This document shows, piece after piece, positions 45,090 through 54,936 of a stretch of 64,000 nt of DNA (positions are counted from its first letter, which is position 1; the number at the start of each line of letters is the position of its first letter). The notes beneath the pieces were generated by a model that was given only the letters and a program-made list of their open reading frames with translations, was not told where the DNA came from and made no database searches. Origin of the DNA: Patescibacteria group bacterium (GTDB taxonomy: Bacteria; Patescibacteriota; Minisyncoccia; UBA6257; 2-01-FULL-56-20); assembly GCA_024654525.1 (NCBI GenBank), contig JANLHI010000022.1, forward strand, positions 3,931 to 67,930, given 5' to 3'. The translations under genes and the position numbers were made by a program.

Positions 45090-48071
45090 TCATTGCATTC
45101 CCCTTCTCAATTCACAATATTTACACTTCGCATCGTCGCAACAACGATCCCAAAACGAAAGACTTCGTATCTCGTTCGCCACGGAAACAATCAACGCCTC
45201 CAGCTCCTTCACTTCTCCGGAAACGACAGTAAATTCTTCCTGATGGAATTTTCCGCGTTCGTCGGGCTCTATAAATTGAATAACGCCGGACGTCATATCG
45301 TATTTCCCCTCTTTTTCCAAAAGAAGCTTATAGAACACAAGCTGACGTTTATAGTCACCGGTGCTTGATTTGGTATTTCCTTCAATCTCGTTTCTGGTCT
45401 TCGGTTTTCCGGTTTTATAATCGATAATGCGTGCGTGCGCATCTCCCGAAAATTCAATCCGGTCAATTTTTCCGTTTACAGGGATGACATCCCCAACAGT
45501 AACACCGCTTATTTTCACTTCGTTCGCGGCATGCGGAGACCACTCCGCATGATATTCGTCATAATATGCGGCAAGCGCTTTCTTTCCTTTCTCGCAAGCT
45601 TCCTTGTATTCGCTCTCCTCAATCGGCTCGCGCGCCATAGCTTCTTCAAAACGCGCAATAAGATATGCCTTCCCTTTATTTTCTTTCGCTGTCAATGCAT
45701 CAAAATAATTTTTGAGCGCCGCGTGAATCGCGTTACCGAATGAGAGGTGTTTATTGGGAGATTCCGGAATACGTATCAAATTTCGATAAAAATATTTCCA
45801 CGGACATGAAAGGTAATTGTTAAGCGCAGTAACCGATACTCCTTTTTCCTCAAAAAGTGCGCTTAAAAAATCTTTATCTTTCAATTCCGGCGTTTTTGCG
45901 GATATGGGCGCAAACATCATTTCGCGATGCGCGGAAAATTTCCGCTCGTACAAATCCGCGTCGTAGGGTACTAACACATCTTCTTTCAATTCCGCGATGA
46001 ATTTTGAAGGTAATTGCTCTTTTCCGTCATGGTCCGTTTTCGCAAGCGTTACAAAAAGTTCTTTCTTCGCACGCGTAAGCGCGACGTAAAATACATTCCG
46101 CTCATCTTCATCATCTTCTTCAAGAATATTTTCCACGGATTCAAGTACGCGATAAATCTTCCTCGGTAACTTGATATGCTCGCGGTGGAATCGCGAACCC
46201 CATTTGCGGTCAATCGCATTCATAACAAACACTCGATCAAACTCCTGTCCTTTTGCACGATGCGCGGTCATAAGCCGAACTCTCCCCACAAGCCGTAATG
46301 TCTCCGCGCTTTTTACCGCAATGCCATGGTTGCTCATTATATCAAGATACTCAAAGAAATCGTTCAACGTATAGCTCTTCTGCCGTGCAATAAATGATTT
46401 AAGAATATCAAAAAGGGCATGGAGTTTTGCGATTTTCTCCGTCGTGGACGGGTGATTCACTATCGCGTTCAAAAACCCCGAATCATGCACAATCATCTCG
46501 AATGATTCTCCCGCACCTTTATTCTTCGAAACCTTTTTCCATGCGGAAAGTTTCTCAAACAGAGTAAGACATGCGTCTTTCGACTCTATATTCGCCAAAC
46601 CCAGCATCTCCGCCGAACGCAACACATCATATACCTTCTTTCGATTCTTCCCCGCAAAAGAAAATAATTTATACACATCAAGTGGCGGAATACCCAAAAA
46701 ATCAACGTGAAGCATTTCTACAAGCGCAACATCGTTTCCAAAGTGTTGTACGGCGCGTAATATGCGGATAAGTTTTTTTATCTCTTCGTCTCCCAACACA
46801 TCCTGATCGGATTCGATATTGAAAGGAACTTTTTCTCTCTCTAACATACGTACAAGCGGAATAACATCTTTATTATCCCGATAGATCACCGCAATATCCT
46901 TTGGATCCTCTTTCTCGTCAATTAATTCCTTTATTGTTCGGGCAATAAAATAGTATTCAACGTCGGGAGAAGATAACGCAACCACATGCGCGGGTACTTC
47001 GGGATGTCCCGCATTTGCAGTAAGTGCCACTTCACGCGGAGAAACCATGTGCGCCGCATTCAAGATCGCCTGCGTGGAGCGGTAATTATTACGAAGAGAA
47101 ATAAGCGCCACGTCGCGATATTTCTTTTTGAAATAATGAAAGTTTTCCAAAGACGCCCCCTGAAAACGAAAAATCGCCTGCTTTTCGTCCCCCACTACAA
47201 ATAAATTGGGACGGTCGCTCCCGCCTGCCATAAGCTCAATTATTTTATTCTGCCCGTCATTCGTATCCTGATGCTCGTCCACAAGGAAAAAATCATACGT
47301 ATCGCGAAGAACTCGGAGCATGTCTTCGTTTTCTTCAAGCGCGTGCGACACGAACATAATCATGTCGCTATAGTCGTACTGTTTTGCACTGCGAAGTGCC
47401 TGCTGATATTTCTCATACATTGTCGCCAACTCTTCATTTCGCTCGACGTGTTTTGCAGGCGACAAATATTTCGTTTTCATTTTCCCCTCGTATTTTCCAG
47501 ATTGATTGATCAAATCCGGATTCGCATAAAAACTCTTCTTCTCATCGGCGGCTATTTTTTTAAAACCATCCGGGTCTATTCCCTGACGCTTCAGCTCGCT
47601 GATAGCGCTCATGATGTTGCGAAGATAATAATAACGATCCCCAAACGGACGCAGCTCCTTAAGTGGCAACGTGTCGATAAGGTGGCGAAGAATAGTTATC
47701 TGATCAATCTCCGTAATATTCGAAGCCCCGATGATGTGCGGAAAGTAATCGGGATAATCACGGATAATACGGTTTGCAAAACCGTGGAACGTTGAAATCT
47801 CAACACGATACGAGTTCTTCCCAACAAGCTCCGAAAGTCTTCTGCGCATCGAAATCGCGCCGGACTCCGTAAAAGTAAGCGCCAAAATTTTCTCCGGAGG
47901 CGTTTCCGTTTTCTCCAAGATATTCGCGATACGCATGGTAAGTACCTCGGTCTTTCCGGTACCCGGCCCCGCGATTACCATCACCGGCCCCTCAATACTA
48001 TCAACCGCTTCCCGCTGTTCTTTATTCAGCTCCTTATAACGGTCGATAAAGTTTTCTGTTACATATGTCAT
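45090..48071 (-). CDS. UvrD/PcrA-like helicase fused to a C-terminal PD-(D/E)XK (RecB/Cas4-like) nuclease with an Fe-S cysteine cluster (AddA-like)
   Basis: GPGTGKT Walker A and UvrD motifs. C-terminal IIDYKTGKPK plus CPWKYF..CDDAKCKYCE. 993 aa. Confidence 0.85.
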   Translation of the reverse strand: MTYVTENFIDRYKELNKEQREAVDSIEGPVMVIAGPGTGKTEVLTMRIANILEKTETPPEKILALTFTESGAISMRRRLSELVGKNSYRVEISTFHGFANRIIRDYPDYFPHIIGASNITEIDQITILRHLIDTLPLKELRPFGDRYYYLRNIMSAISELKRQGIDPDGFKKIAADEKKSFYANPDLINQSGKYEGKMKTKYLSPAKHVERNEELATMYEKYQQALRSAKQYDYSDMIMFVSHALEENEDMLRVLRDTYDFFLVDEHQDTNDGQNKIIELMAGGSDRPNLFVVGDEKQAIFRFQGASLENFHYFKKKYRDVALISLRNNYRSTQAILNAAHMVSPREVALTANAGHPEVPAHVVALSSPDVEYYFIARTIKELIDEKEDPKDIAVIYRDNKDVIPLVRMLEREKVPFNIESDQDVLGDEEIKKLIRILRAVQHFGNDVALVEMLHVDFLGIPPLDVYKLFSFAGKNRKKVYDVLRSAEMLGLANIESKDACLTLFEKLSAWKKVSKNKGAGESFEMIVHDSGFLNAIVNHPSTTEKIAKLHALFDILKSFIARQKSYTLNDFFEYLDIMSNHGIAVKSAETLRLVGRVRLMTAHRAKGQEFDRVFVMNAIDRKWGSRFHREHIKLPRKIYRVLESVENILEEDDEDERNVFYVALTRAKKELFVTLAKTDHDGKEQLPSKFIAELKEDVLVPYDADLYERKFSAHREMMFAPISAKTPELKDKDFLSALFEEKGVSVTALNNYLSCPWKYFYRNLIRIPESPNKHLSFGNAIHAALKNYFDALTAKENKGKAYLIARFEEAMAREPIEESEYKEACEKGKKALAAYYDEYHAEWSPHAANEVKISGVTVGDVIPVNGKIDRIEFSGDAHARIIDYKTGKPKTRNEIEGNTKSSTGDYKRQLVFYKLLLEKEGKYDMTSGVIQFIEPDERGKFHQEEFTVVSGEVKELEALIVSVANEIRSLSFWDRCCDDAKCKYCELRRGMQ

Positions 48072-48194
48072 ATAAAATATATCCCTGTCGCCTGCGGTTA
48101 CTTTCGCCTTTTCCCCCAGTATACCACTATGACACGTGATGCCGATGTTCTCTCATACTCCAATGAAACCGACATTATTTTGAAATATTTTTCT

Positions 48195-48224
48195 TATTCT
48201 CCTATTCGCGCGAATCAGAGAATA
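48195..48224. repeat. Palindrome TATTCTCCTATTCGCGCGAATCAGAGAATA (15-bp arms, 2 central mismatches)
   Basis: Same family as 54896..54927. Confidence 0.5.
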
Positions 48225-48264
48225 CACACAACAAAGCTATGAAGATGACTAGCGTATAAAAAAA

Positions 48265-48831
48265 TCAACCGCCGGATTGCCAACGGTAAATGAATTCTGG
48301 CTGATAGATAAAGTTTGTGATGTTGAGTGTCAGGTTGTCATGAATCACATATCCGGTAAACACTTCAAACGCCAGTGCGAGAGTAACGGTGAACCATATC
48401 GGCACACGGAATGCCATGAAAAATCCAAGCATCATGGAAAATGTGTCGAGTACCGAGTTGATAATGCTGTCTCCCGAATACCCTTGTGCTAACGCCTGTT
48501 CGCGATACGCGTTGATTACCCATGGCGTGTTTTCCGCAATCTCCCATCCGATTTCGATTCCCATCGCGACAAGAAGGCGTGTCGCCATCGGCATTCGTGG
48601 AAAAAGCCAACGAAGTAATGCATAGAAAAGGAATCCGTGAATGATATGCGAAAACGTGTACCAGTCAAAAAGTTGCTGGGACATCTCCGATGACAACGCT
48701 TCGCTTACCCAAAATTGTATATTTCCGCTCGCAGAGATGAGCGGCTGTCCGAGGAGTGTCAACACCCCCGCCTGCAGGGTTACCAGTCCGAGAGCGATAA
48801 TAGCGACGTGTAGTACGGTGACTTTTTTCAT
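48265..48831 (-). CDS. DUF2585-like membrane protein
   Basis: Polytopic. YSGDSI motif. Assignment from memory. Confidence 0.4.
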   Translation of the reverse strand: MKKVTVLHVAIIALGLVTLQAGVLTLLGQPLISASGNIQFWVSEALSSEMSQQLFDWYTFSHIIHGFLFYALLRWLFPRMPMATRLLVAMGIEIGWEIAENTPWVINAYREQALAQGYSGDSIINSVLDTFSMMLGFFMAFRVPIWFTVTLALAFEVFTGYVIHDNLTLNITNFIYQPEFIYRWQSGG

Positions 48832-48846
48832 ACTGAATTCAGTATA

Positions 48847-49575
48847 TCAGATATCTTTCCTATCCTCGGAAATACAAATTTTTGTTCGCTTGAGTTTTAA
48901 AAGTATCGCCGGAAAATCGAATTGCTCCGTAAACGCACGGATATAGGCGCCAGAGGAAACGCGAAAGCGGACTGTGAATATCTGCATGTTTGCGGTATGT
49001 TTCTCGAAATATGTTTTCCAACCAGCAAGGATTTTTTCCTGCCGAAAATCTCCATGTATCTTCCCAATCGAATCTTTTATGTATTCTACCACCTCTTTCG
49101 CCTGCACCGTTTCTCTACCAATAAGAATCGCTTCTTTTATTTCCACCGGAAGCATCGGTCGGACAATGCCCATGTTTCCATTCTTGTAATGATCAAAAAG
49201 TTTAACGCCATCAACCGTGTGTCCCGAAAACCACGGATATGTTTGTTCGCGAAGCGCACGGATTTTTTCGAGTGATGCAGTAATGCGTTCCTTGGAAACG
49301 GCACTCTCGCCTTCGTGATCGATAATTCCAAGCGCGTCGTATGTGTCTGTCGCCACACCTATCAGAAATGTGGCGACGTATTCCTTATCGCACGAAAGAA
49401 AATCCTCGCGATGATTATTCTCGTCCCCCACCAGCACCAGCATTTCTCCCTCCGCCATCGGATCAAGCCGCCCGGCGTATGAGAGTACCTCATCTTTCAT
49501 CTCCGGTTTTTCGATACGCACGCGCTCAAGTGTTTCAAGAGGCGTTTCCCCAACGCGTTTTGAGATGAGAATCAT
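48847..49575 (-). CDS. TruB-family pseudouridine synthase (no PUA domain)
   Basis: GRLDPMAEG (catalytic Asp), DKEY, TDTYD. Confidence 0.65.
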   Translation of the reverse strand: MILISKRVGETPLETLERVRIEKPEMKDEVLSYAGRLDPMAEGEMLVLVGDENNHREDFLSCDKEYVATFLIGVATDTYDALGIIDHEGESAVSKERITASLEKIRALREQTYPWFSGHTVDGVKLFDHYKNGNMGIVRPMLPVEIKEAILIGRETVQAKEVVEYIKDSIGKIHGDFRQEKILAGWKTYFEKHTANMQIFTVRFRVSSGAYIRAFTEQFDFPAILLKLKRTKICISEDRKDI

Positions 49576-49690
49576 GTGCGTATTCTATCCTCTTTATCTT
49601 CCTTATTCAAAATTTATCCTTCACTACTATTTATAAAAAATCAGCCGAGGTGCGTTTTAAAGCACTCGGCGATTTTTAGATTTGGAGGAT

Positions 49691-49942
49691 TTACCCCCTT
49701 GTTATCTCTTTGATAGCCCCTTCTCTGTGAGCAGAAAGGAACTCTTTGAATGAAATGTACTCCTTTTTCGGAATATTTCCTCCACCACGACTCACCATTG
49801 TTTTGATGGAGCCCCCTCCCTCAAGTTCGGGGTGCACATTCATTTCTATGACCCTTCTTTGTGTCCCACTACGGGAGATAATAACATCCCCCCTTCTGAG
49901 AAGTCGCAAAACTTCATCCACCATATCTTCTCTGTTTTTCAT
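49691..49942 (-). CDS. Hypothetical protein (83 aa)
   Basis: ORF track. Strong promoter upstream. Confidence 0.4.
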   Translation of the reverse strand: MKNREDMVDEVLRLLRRGDVIISRSGTQRRVIEMNVHPELEGGGSIKTMVSRGGGNIPKKEYISFKEFLSAHREGAIKEITRG

Positions 49943-49998
49943 ATCATTTCTTTCTTATTTTGATTTTTCAATACCGTATAAAACACATCCGGTGATTT

Positions 49999-50027
49999 AT
50001 TATAGCATTAAAATGCTATAATGTCAA
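49999..50027 (-). promoter_or_regulatory. Consensus sigma70 promoter TTGACA-17-TATAAT. The spacer contains a TATAGCATT..AATGCTATA palindrome.
   Basis: Exact -35 and -10 hexamers. Lies 50 nt upstream of ATG 49942. Confidence 0.5.
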
Positions 50028-50153
50028 TCCCCGCAATGGTTCAATAGCTGGAATGCCCCACGCGATGCATATTGCATATTCAGACAACCCGAGTCTCCCT
50101 CAAGTCCCCATGTGGACGCGGTGCATTTGGTGCCTATTTTACCATCTCCCGCA

Positions 50154-50720
50154 CTAGAAATTAGGAATAATTAAATCGGCCGCATCTTTCGGCTTGTACT
50201 CGTTAACGTATTCATCATCATTCCTTTTCCACGGTCCATCCCATTTTTCATCTTGAGAATTTTTATAAACCTCACGATCGCGTTTTTTCCCTCGTTCACT
50301 CGCGATTGTTTGGTCGCAATCAATCCAAATTTTATATGCAAAATAGCGCAGTAATTCCGGACGAAAAAGACCGACTCCTTCAACAATGAGAATTCCGGAA
50401 TGGGAAACCGTTATGCTTTTAATAATTTTATTTTCCGCGTGATCCCAATGACCATATGCCACGGAGTTTTCTCCCTTTAAAAAAGGAGTGAGTACTTCCC
50501 TTTCGAGTCTCTCAAAATCCATTCCTTTCCAGTGCGTGTAATTCTCAATCGTCCTGTCTATTCCAAAATAATCTACGCAAATCACAGGAGCGTTCATTGC
50601 AATTCCTAATAAATCCGCAAAAGTTGACTTACCCGCGCCTCCAAAACCTGAAATAGCGATAACCGCCGGAGTTTTTAGCGATATGATTTTCTCGATAAGA
50701 TTTGGATTGATTTCTTTCAT
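50154..50720 (-). CDS. P-loop kinase (uridine kinase / NRK-like)
   Basis: ISGFGGAGKSTFA Walker A. Confidence 0.55.
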   Translation of the reverse strand: MKEINPNLIEKIISLKTPAVIAISGFGGAGKSTFADLLGIAMNAPVICVDYFGIDRTIENYTHWKGMDFERLEREVLTPFLKGENSVAYGHWDHAENKIIKSITVSHSGILIVEGVGLFRPELLRYFAYKIWIDCDQTIASERGKKRDREVYKNSQDEKWDGPWKRNDDEYVNEYKPKDAADLIIPNF

Positions 50721-50812
50721 AATTTTTGGTGAAATTCATTGTATCATTTCTCCATTGCATTTTTCTAAAAAAGAAACTCAAACTAATATATGATCAATCA
50801 TCATTCTATACC

Positions 50813-51382
50813 CTACTTTTTCCTCCTAAAGCACCCCACCATATGATCATTTACCATTCCCGTTGCTTGCATGTGGGCGTAAAGTGTCGTGGGTCCCAAA
50901 AATTTAAATCCCCGCTTCTTTAAGTCCTTTGCCCATACAACCGCCTCGTCGTTGAACGGTGCGATGTCCTTCATCGTGCGGATTTTGTTTTTTATCGGTT
51001 TTCCACCTACAAAACTCCACATATATTTCGAAAAAGTCCCGAACTCTTTCTTGACTTCGAGAAATTTCCCTGCGTTGTGCAGTGTCGCCTCAATTTTCAA
51101 TCTATTTCTCACAATTCCCGCGTCCTTCATTAAACGTTCGGAATCTTTCTTCCCGAACTTTGAAATCTTCACGGGATCAAAACCCGCAAACGCTTTCTTA
51201 AAGTTTTTCCGCTTGTACAAAATAGTGCGCCAACTAAGCCCCGCTTGAAACGCCTCAAGACACAAAAATTCAAAAATTTTCTTATCGTCGCGAAGTACCG
51301 CTCCCCATTCCGTATCGTGATACTCTCGCATCAAACCATCATCCCCGTCTGCCCATACGCACCGTTTTTGCGGTATTGCCAT
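50813..51382 (-). CDS. tag: DNA-3-methyladenine glycosylase I
   Basis: YHDTEWG, EAFQAGLSW. Zn-ligand residues present. Confidence 0.85.
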   Translation of the reverse strand: MAIPQKRCVWADGDDGLMREYHDTEWGAVLRDDKKIFEFLCLEAFQAGLSWRTILYKRKNFKKAFAGFDPVKISKFGKKDSERLMKDAGIVRNRLKIEATLHNAGKFLEVKKEFGTFSKYMWSFVGGKPIKNKIRTMKDIAPFNDEAVVWAKDLKKRGFKFLGPTTLYAHMQATGMVNDHMVGCFRRKK

Positions 51383-51435
51383 ACTTTAATTTTACCGTAT
51401 CAAACCGTTTCTTCAAGCCTTTTCAAAAAGAGTTA

Positions 51436-52062
51436 TCATTTCACAATCTTTACCAACCGAATTCCTCCATACCCGATAAGCAATAGGGCGACAATAGCGT
51501 TTGATACCTGAACAAAAGAAATTGGCACTGTATTTTTTATCAGCGACATCACAATGGCGGAACTCCCCATAAAGAGAAATGTGGACAATCCCATCGCTAC
51601 ACCAAAAATGACAAGATCGTGTTTTGTGTAGTTGTATTCAAGCGCCTTTACAGTAAACAAACTTGTTACCGTCACGATGGTCAAAGGACTCGATATGGTG
51701 AGCAATAATGCAGCCGTAAAACTCGAAAGGATGCCCACCGGACTTGCAATCGCATCGGTAGAAATATTCTCGCCTGTTATGCTTTTGATAATCATTACTC
51801 CAAAGAGTATCAATACCACGGAACTAATGACTCCAAAAGTCTTTCTGACTTTCTTATGCGTCAGTAATTTCCCAACCCCCACAATCGCAAGGGTAATATA
51901 AAAATAATCAGCAAACGCCACGCCACCCGCACCGGCAATACCATCAAAGACTGTCTTCTGTAGCGACAGGCTGATAACAAAAAAGAAGGCCGGTCCGACA
52001 GCAAACTGAAGGATAAATCCGGTTATTAGACCATTTAAAAAAACACTTCTTTTTTCCATCAA
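51436..52062 (-). CDS. LysE/RhtB-type exporter
   Basis: 6 TM helices. N-terminal LNGLITGF..GPA. Confidence 0.55.
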   Translation of the reverse strand: MMEKRSVFLNGLITGFILQFAVGPAFFFVISLSLQKTVFDGIAGAGGVAFADYFYITLAIVGVGKLLTHKKVRKTFGVISSVVLILFGVMIIKSITGENISTDAIASPVGILSSFTAALLLTISSPLTIVTVTSLFTVKALEYNYTKHDLVIFGVAMGLSTFLFMGSSAIVMSLIKNTVPISFVQVSNAIVALLLIGYGGIRLVKIVK

Positions 52063-52068
52063 ATTATT

Positions 52069-52332
52069 TTACCCTTTTAACTTCTTTACCTTACTAATCC
52101 CGTGAGAGGCGGTGCACTTCGGGCGCACGCAGACTCTACTTCTCGTCATAATCATAGAAAGCGCAAACGCGAGAAATCCCAGACCAAGACCAATAAAAAG
52201 CCCGGCGAGTAGCTCATTAAAAAGAAATCCAAATCCGATACCCAGCAACACGCCGGAGGGTACAAATAAACCCGATGGGCGTCTCTTGCCGTCATGGCAA
52301 CACTCTTTCCCTTCGCATTTTTCGTGTTTCAT
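52069..52332 (-). CDS. Small membrane protein with an N-terminal Cys-rich (CEGKECCH) metal-binding-like motif
   Basis: ORF track. Two TM helices. Confidence 0.4.
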   Translation of the reverse strand: MKHEKCEGKECCHDGKRRPSGLFVPSGVLLGIGFGFLFNELLAGLFIGLGLGFLAFALSMIMTRSRVCVRPKCTASHGISKVKKLKG

Positions 52333-52362
52333 ATATTTAAATGATAACTCGACGCGGTGATT

Positions 52363-52953
52363 CTATCTGATTCCCGTGTCGCAAGAAAGATCTGCCTTCA
52401 CCATTTCGTCGGGACCTATACTTATCTTTTTCATCTCGCAATACGGGAATGGCTGACCACCAATCGCCTGCACACTGAATTCGCCCGGGGGAAGCATTGC
52501 TCTATACCCTCCTTCTTTGCCCGTCTCCACGCTGGAGAAAAGCGAACTTTTCGAGCTATTTTTTTCAATGATTTGCACCGTAGTCTCATACCCTTTATCC
52601 GCGCAATTCGGATCGGGCGGATTTCTCATCACGGGACACATGGGCCCAAGAAGCACCCGCCCTTCCACGCCGGATTTAAACGGGAGAATTCCCATGTCTC
52701 CACCGGCGTTCTCTTCGCCGATCCCTTGTCGCTCGGGAATATGAAACGTTTCTATAATAACCTCTGCAAATGTCCGATCTCCATGCCTGCACTGACGCGG
52801 ATAACTTTCCATCACGGGATTCCCCACTGCTACACACTCGTCAAAATTGGAAACCATCTTCACCGAATATTCTTCGGTTGTCATTTTCCACATCACACCA
52901 AACCCCAATATCACAAGCACCACTATTATTACGATTGTCTTTTCCTTTTTCAT
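52363..52953 (-). CDS. Hypothetical secreted/membrane-anchored protein
   Basis: N-terminal signal-anchor. Confidence 0.45.
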   Translation of the reverse strand: MKKEKTIVIIVVLVILGFGVMWKMTTEEYSVKMVSNFDECVAVGNPVMESYPRQCRHGDRTFAEVIIETFHIPERQGIGEENAGGDMGILPFKSGVEGRVLLGPMCPVMRNPPDPNCADKGYETTVQIIEKNSSKSSLFSSVETGKEGGYRAMLPPGEFSVQAIGGQPFPYCEMKKISIGPDEMVKADLSCDTGIR

Positions 52954-52985
52954 AAATCTTTTTTATACCCAATGACGAGGATTAC

Positions 52986-54134
52986 TTATCCCTCCCCCGG
53001 ACCGCCAAGCGTAATTTTTTCCGGTTCGAAAAATACTCTCCTGTCGCCCTCTTCCACCACACCCACTTCGGCAAGGTCGTAGCCCGATTTTTTTCCGAGC
53101 GCAAGCGTACGTGCCACTTCTTCCTTTGGTACAAACACATAATACCCCCCGCCCCAGTTGAATGTTTTGAGACAATCTTTCATTTCAATTCCTAGTCCGC
53201 GCACAAATTGCATTACCGGCGGTACGGGAACCCATGAGTGAATACGATAACTATATTGCCGCTTATCGAATGCGAGCTTTCCCACGCCATCACCCGTACC
53301 GGGAAGGAGCGCGTGAATATTCACCTTCTCCGTAAGAAGCGTTTCGATGAGCGCCACGTACGAACGCGTGGGGATAAGAATTTCTTCGCCAAGAGTCTTC
53401 CCATTCGGAAGCTTGGTTAAAAACTGATCCGGCAACTCGAGCGCTTTTTTAATAAGGAGTGAGATGCCGTTTGAGTGTACGCCGGATGATGTTGCGGCAA
53501 TAATCCGGTCTCCGGGCGCGAGCTTCTTCCCGGTCACAAGATTTTCCTTCGGCGCAATAATTCCTGTGGTACACCCCGAAAGAGTTGCCACCATTTTCAC
53601 GGGAGGTTTTGGATTCACAATGTATTTCACCGAGGCGGACTCCCCCGCAGGCATTGCCATCCCGACTTCTTCACAAATTTTCAAAAATCCCGCCGCCAGA
53701 TCACGCGCACGATTTTCATCTGAGTACCACGCACTGTCAGACGCTTCAATCTGATCGGTAAACACCACAGGAAGCGCACCCTGCGCAATCACATCGTTTA
53801 CCGTCATCATGGCGGTATCTATCGCAATACTGTCGTAATAAGTTCGAGCACCAGCTCGCCCTGAGCCTGTCGAAGGGTTGCCCCCAAACTGATACATCCA
53901 TTCTGCAATCCAGTTTTTGTTTCCCAAATCTTCCTGCGTCTGACACCAGCGATGCGATTCGTTTCCGCGATATTCAAACACTGCGCCGTGTGCACCAGTC
54001 GCTTCTTCGGTAATAAACACTCCTCGCTTTTCAGGAAATTTCAGCGTCTTCCGACCCGCAGAAACCATATACTGCTTGAAGGGCTCCATTTGAACATAAT
54101 CAACGCCCGCTTTGGCATATTCGCTTTGAGACAT
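52986..54134 (-). CDS. purM: PurM-like protein (probable AIR synthetase, atypical, with an about 60-aa insertion)
   Basis: YAKAGVD, VNDV, GESAS, SSGVHSNGISL, ALLPGTGDG, FNWGGG. Confidence 0.65.
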   Translation of the reverse strand: MSQSEYAKAGVDYVQMEPFKQYMVSAGRKTLKFPEKRGVFITEEATGAHGAVFEYRGNESHRWCQTQEDLGNKNWIAEWMYQFGGNPSTGSGRAGARTYYDSIAIDTAMMTVNDVIAQGALPVVFTDQIEASDSAWYSDENRARDLAAGFLKICEEVGMAMPAGESASVKYIVNPKPPVKMVATLSGCTTGIIAPKENLVTGKKLAPGDRIIAATSSGVHSNGISLLIKKALELPDQFLTKLPNGKTLGEEILIPTRSYVALIETLLTEKVNIHALLPGTGDGVGKLAFDKRQYSYRIHSWVPVPPVMQFVRGLGIEMKDCLKTFNWGGGYYVFVPKEEVARTLALGKKSGYDLAEVGVVEEGDRRVFFEPEKITLGGPGEG

Positions 54135-54152
54135 CTAATTATGAATAATAAA

Positions 54153-54734
54153 TTACACTTTAGAAAAATCCGATAATAACTTTCGTAATTCCTGCTCGGC
54201 TGTCGCGGAATCCTTAAACGTCTTATAACCATACCGCTCTGCTTCTTTTTTGTACATTACCCTTTCGCAATAATAAAACAACTCCGCCTCCTTACGTTGT
54301 AATGCTTCCGTTTTTCCCCAACGAGGACGCTCTCTATTTCTCCGAAAAACCTCTTCAACAGAGTTACCAAGAAGAAACGCTCCTCCAAAGTCAAAATTGC
54401 GTTTTGCAAACTCGGGAATGATATTTACACCTTCAACGATCGCGCCCTTTCCCGATTGGCGCACACTTTGAATTTTTTGCAGTACGGTAGGTAAAAATGC
54501 CTCCGATTGGCGTTTAATATTTTTCCAATTCTCCTCACATGAAACCGTGCGTAAATATTCTTCTTCGTCTTTATCCCAAAAAAAATTAGCCCACGGTTTA
54601 AGCTTTTCATCTTTCTTCATATCTCCGCGAAACGCGTCTATATCAATATGCACAAGCCCGAATTCCGCCGCAAGCTTTGCCGCGAGGAAACTTTTTCCCG
54701 CCGTTGGAATACCACCGATAAATGCGAAAGGCAT
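54153..54734 (-). CDS. P-loop NTPase / kinase embedded in the pur cluster
   Basis: GIPTAGKSFLA Walker A. Confidence 0.5.
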   Translation of the reverse strand: MPFAFIGGIPTAGKSFLAAKLAAEFGLVHIDIDAFRGDMKKDEKLKPWANFFWDKDEEEYLRTVSCEENWKNIKRQSEAFLPTVLQKIQSVRQSGKGAIVEGVNIIPEFAKRNFDFGGAFLLGNSVEEVFRRNRERPRWGKTEALQRKEAELFYYCERVMYKKEAERYGYKTFKDSATAEQELRKLLSDFSKV

Positions 54735-54803
54735 AAGAAAATAGAAAGTAGAAAGATGGAAAATAGAATCGATATGCTACTGGGTCATTGTACATCCGTG
54801 TTT

Positions 54804-54843
54804 AAAAAAACGGAAAGCGACGCGAGGAATCCCCTTGCGCCGC
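54804..54843 (-). terminator. Intrinsic terminator after purE (GC-rich hairpin followed by U7)
   Basis: GCGGCGCAAGG..CCUCGCGUCGC then UUUCCGUUUUUUU. Confidence 0.45.
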
Positions 54844-54895
54844 TACTTATATGGAGAAAAAAACAAATAGTCAACTTACTTATTGAATCTTCTCT

Positions 54896-54927
54896 CTATT
54901 CTCTTATTCGCGCAAATAAGAGAATAG
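54896..54927. repeat. Palindrome CTATTCTCTTATT-cgcgc-AAATAAGAGAATAG (13-5-13)
   Basis: Same family as 48195..48224. Lies just 3' of purE. Confidence 0.5.
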
Positions 54928-54936
54928 TTCTTAAAT

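Noticed and set aside
54846-54874. TTGACT-17-TATAAG promoter upstream of the P-loop kinase
   Set aside because: The predicted transcription start falls inside the purE terminator hairpin, so it was not listed as a feature.
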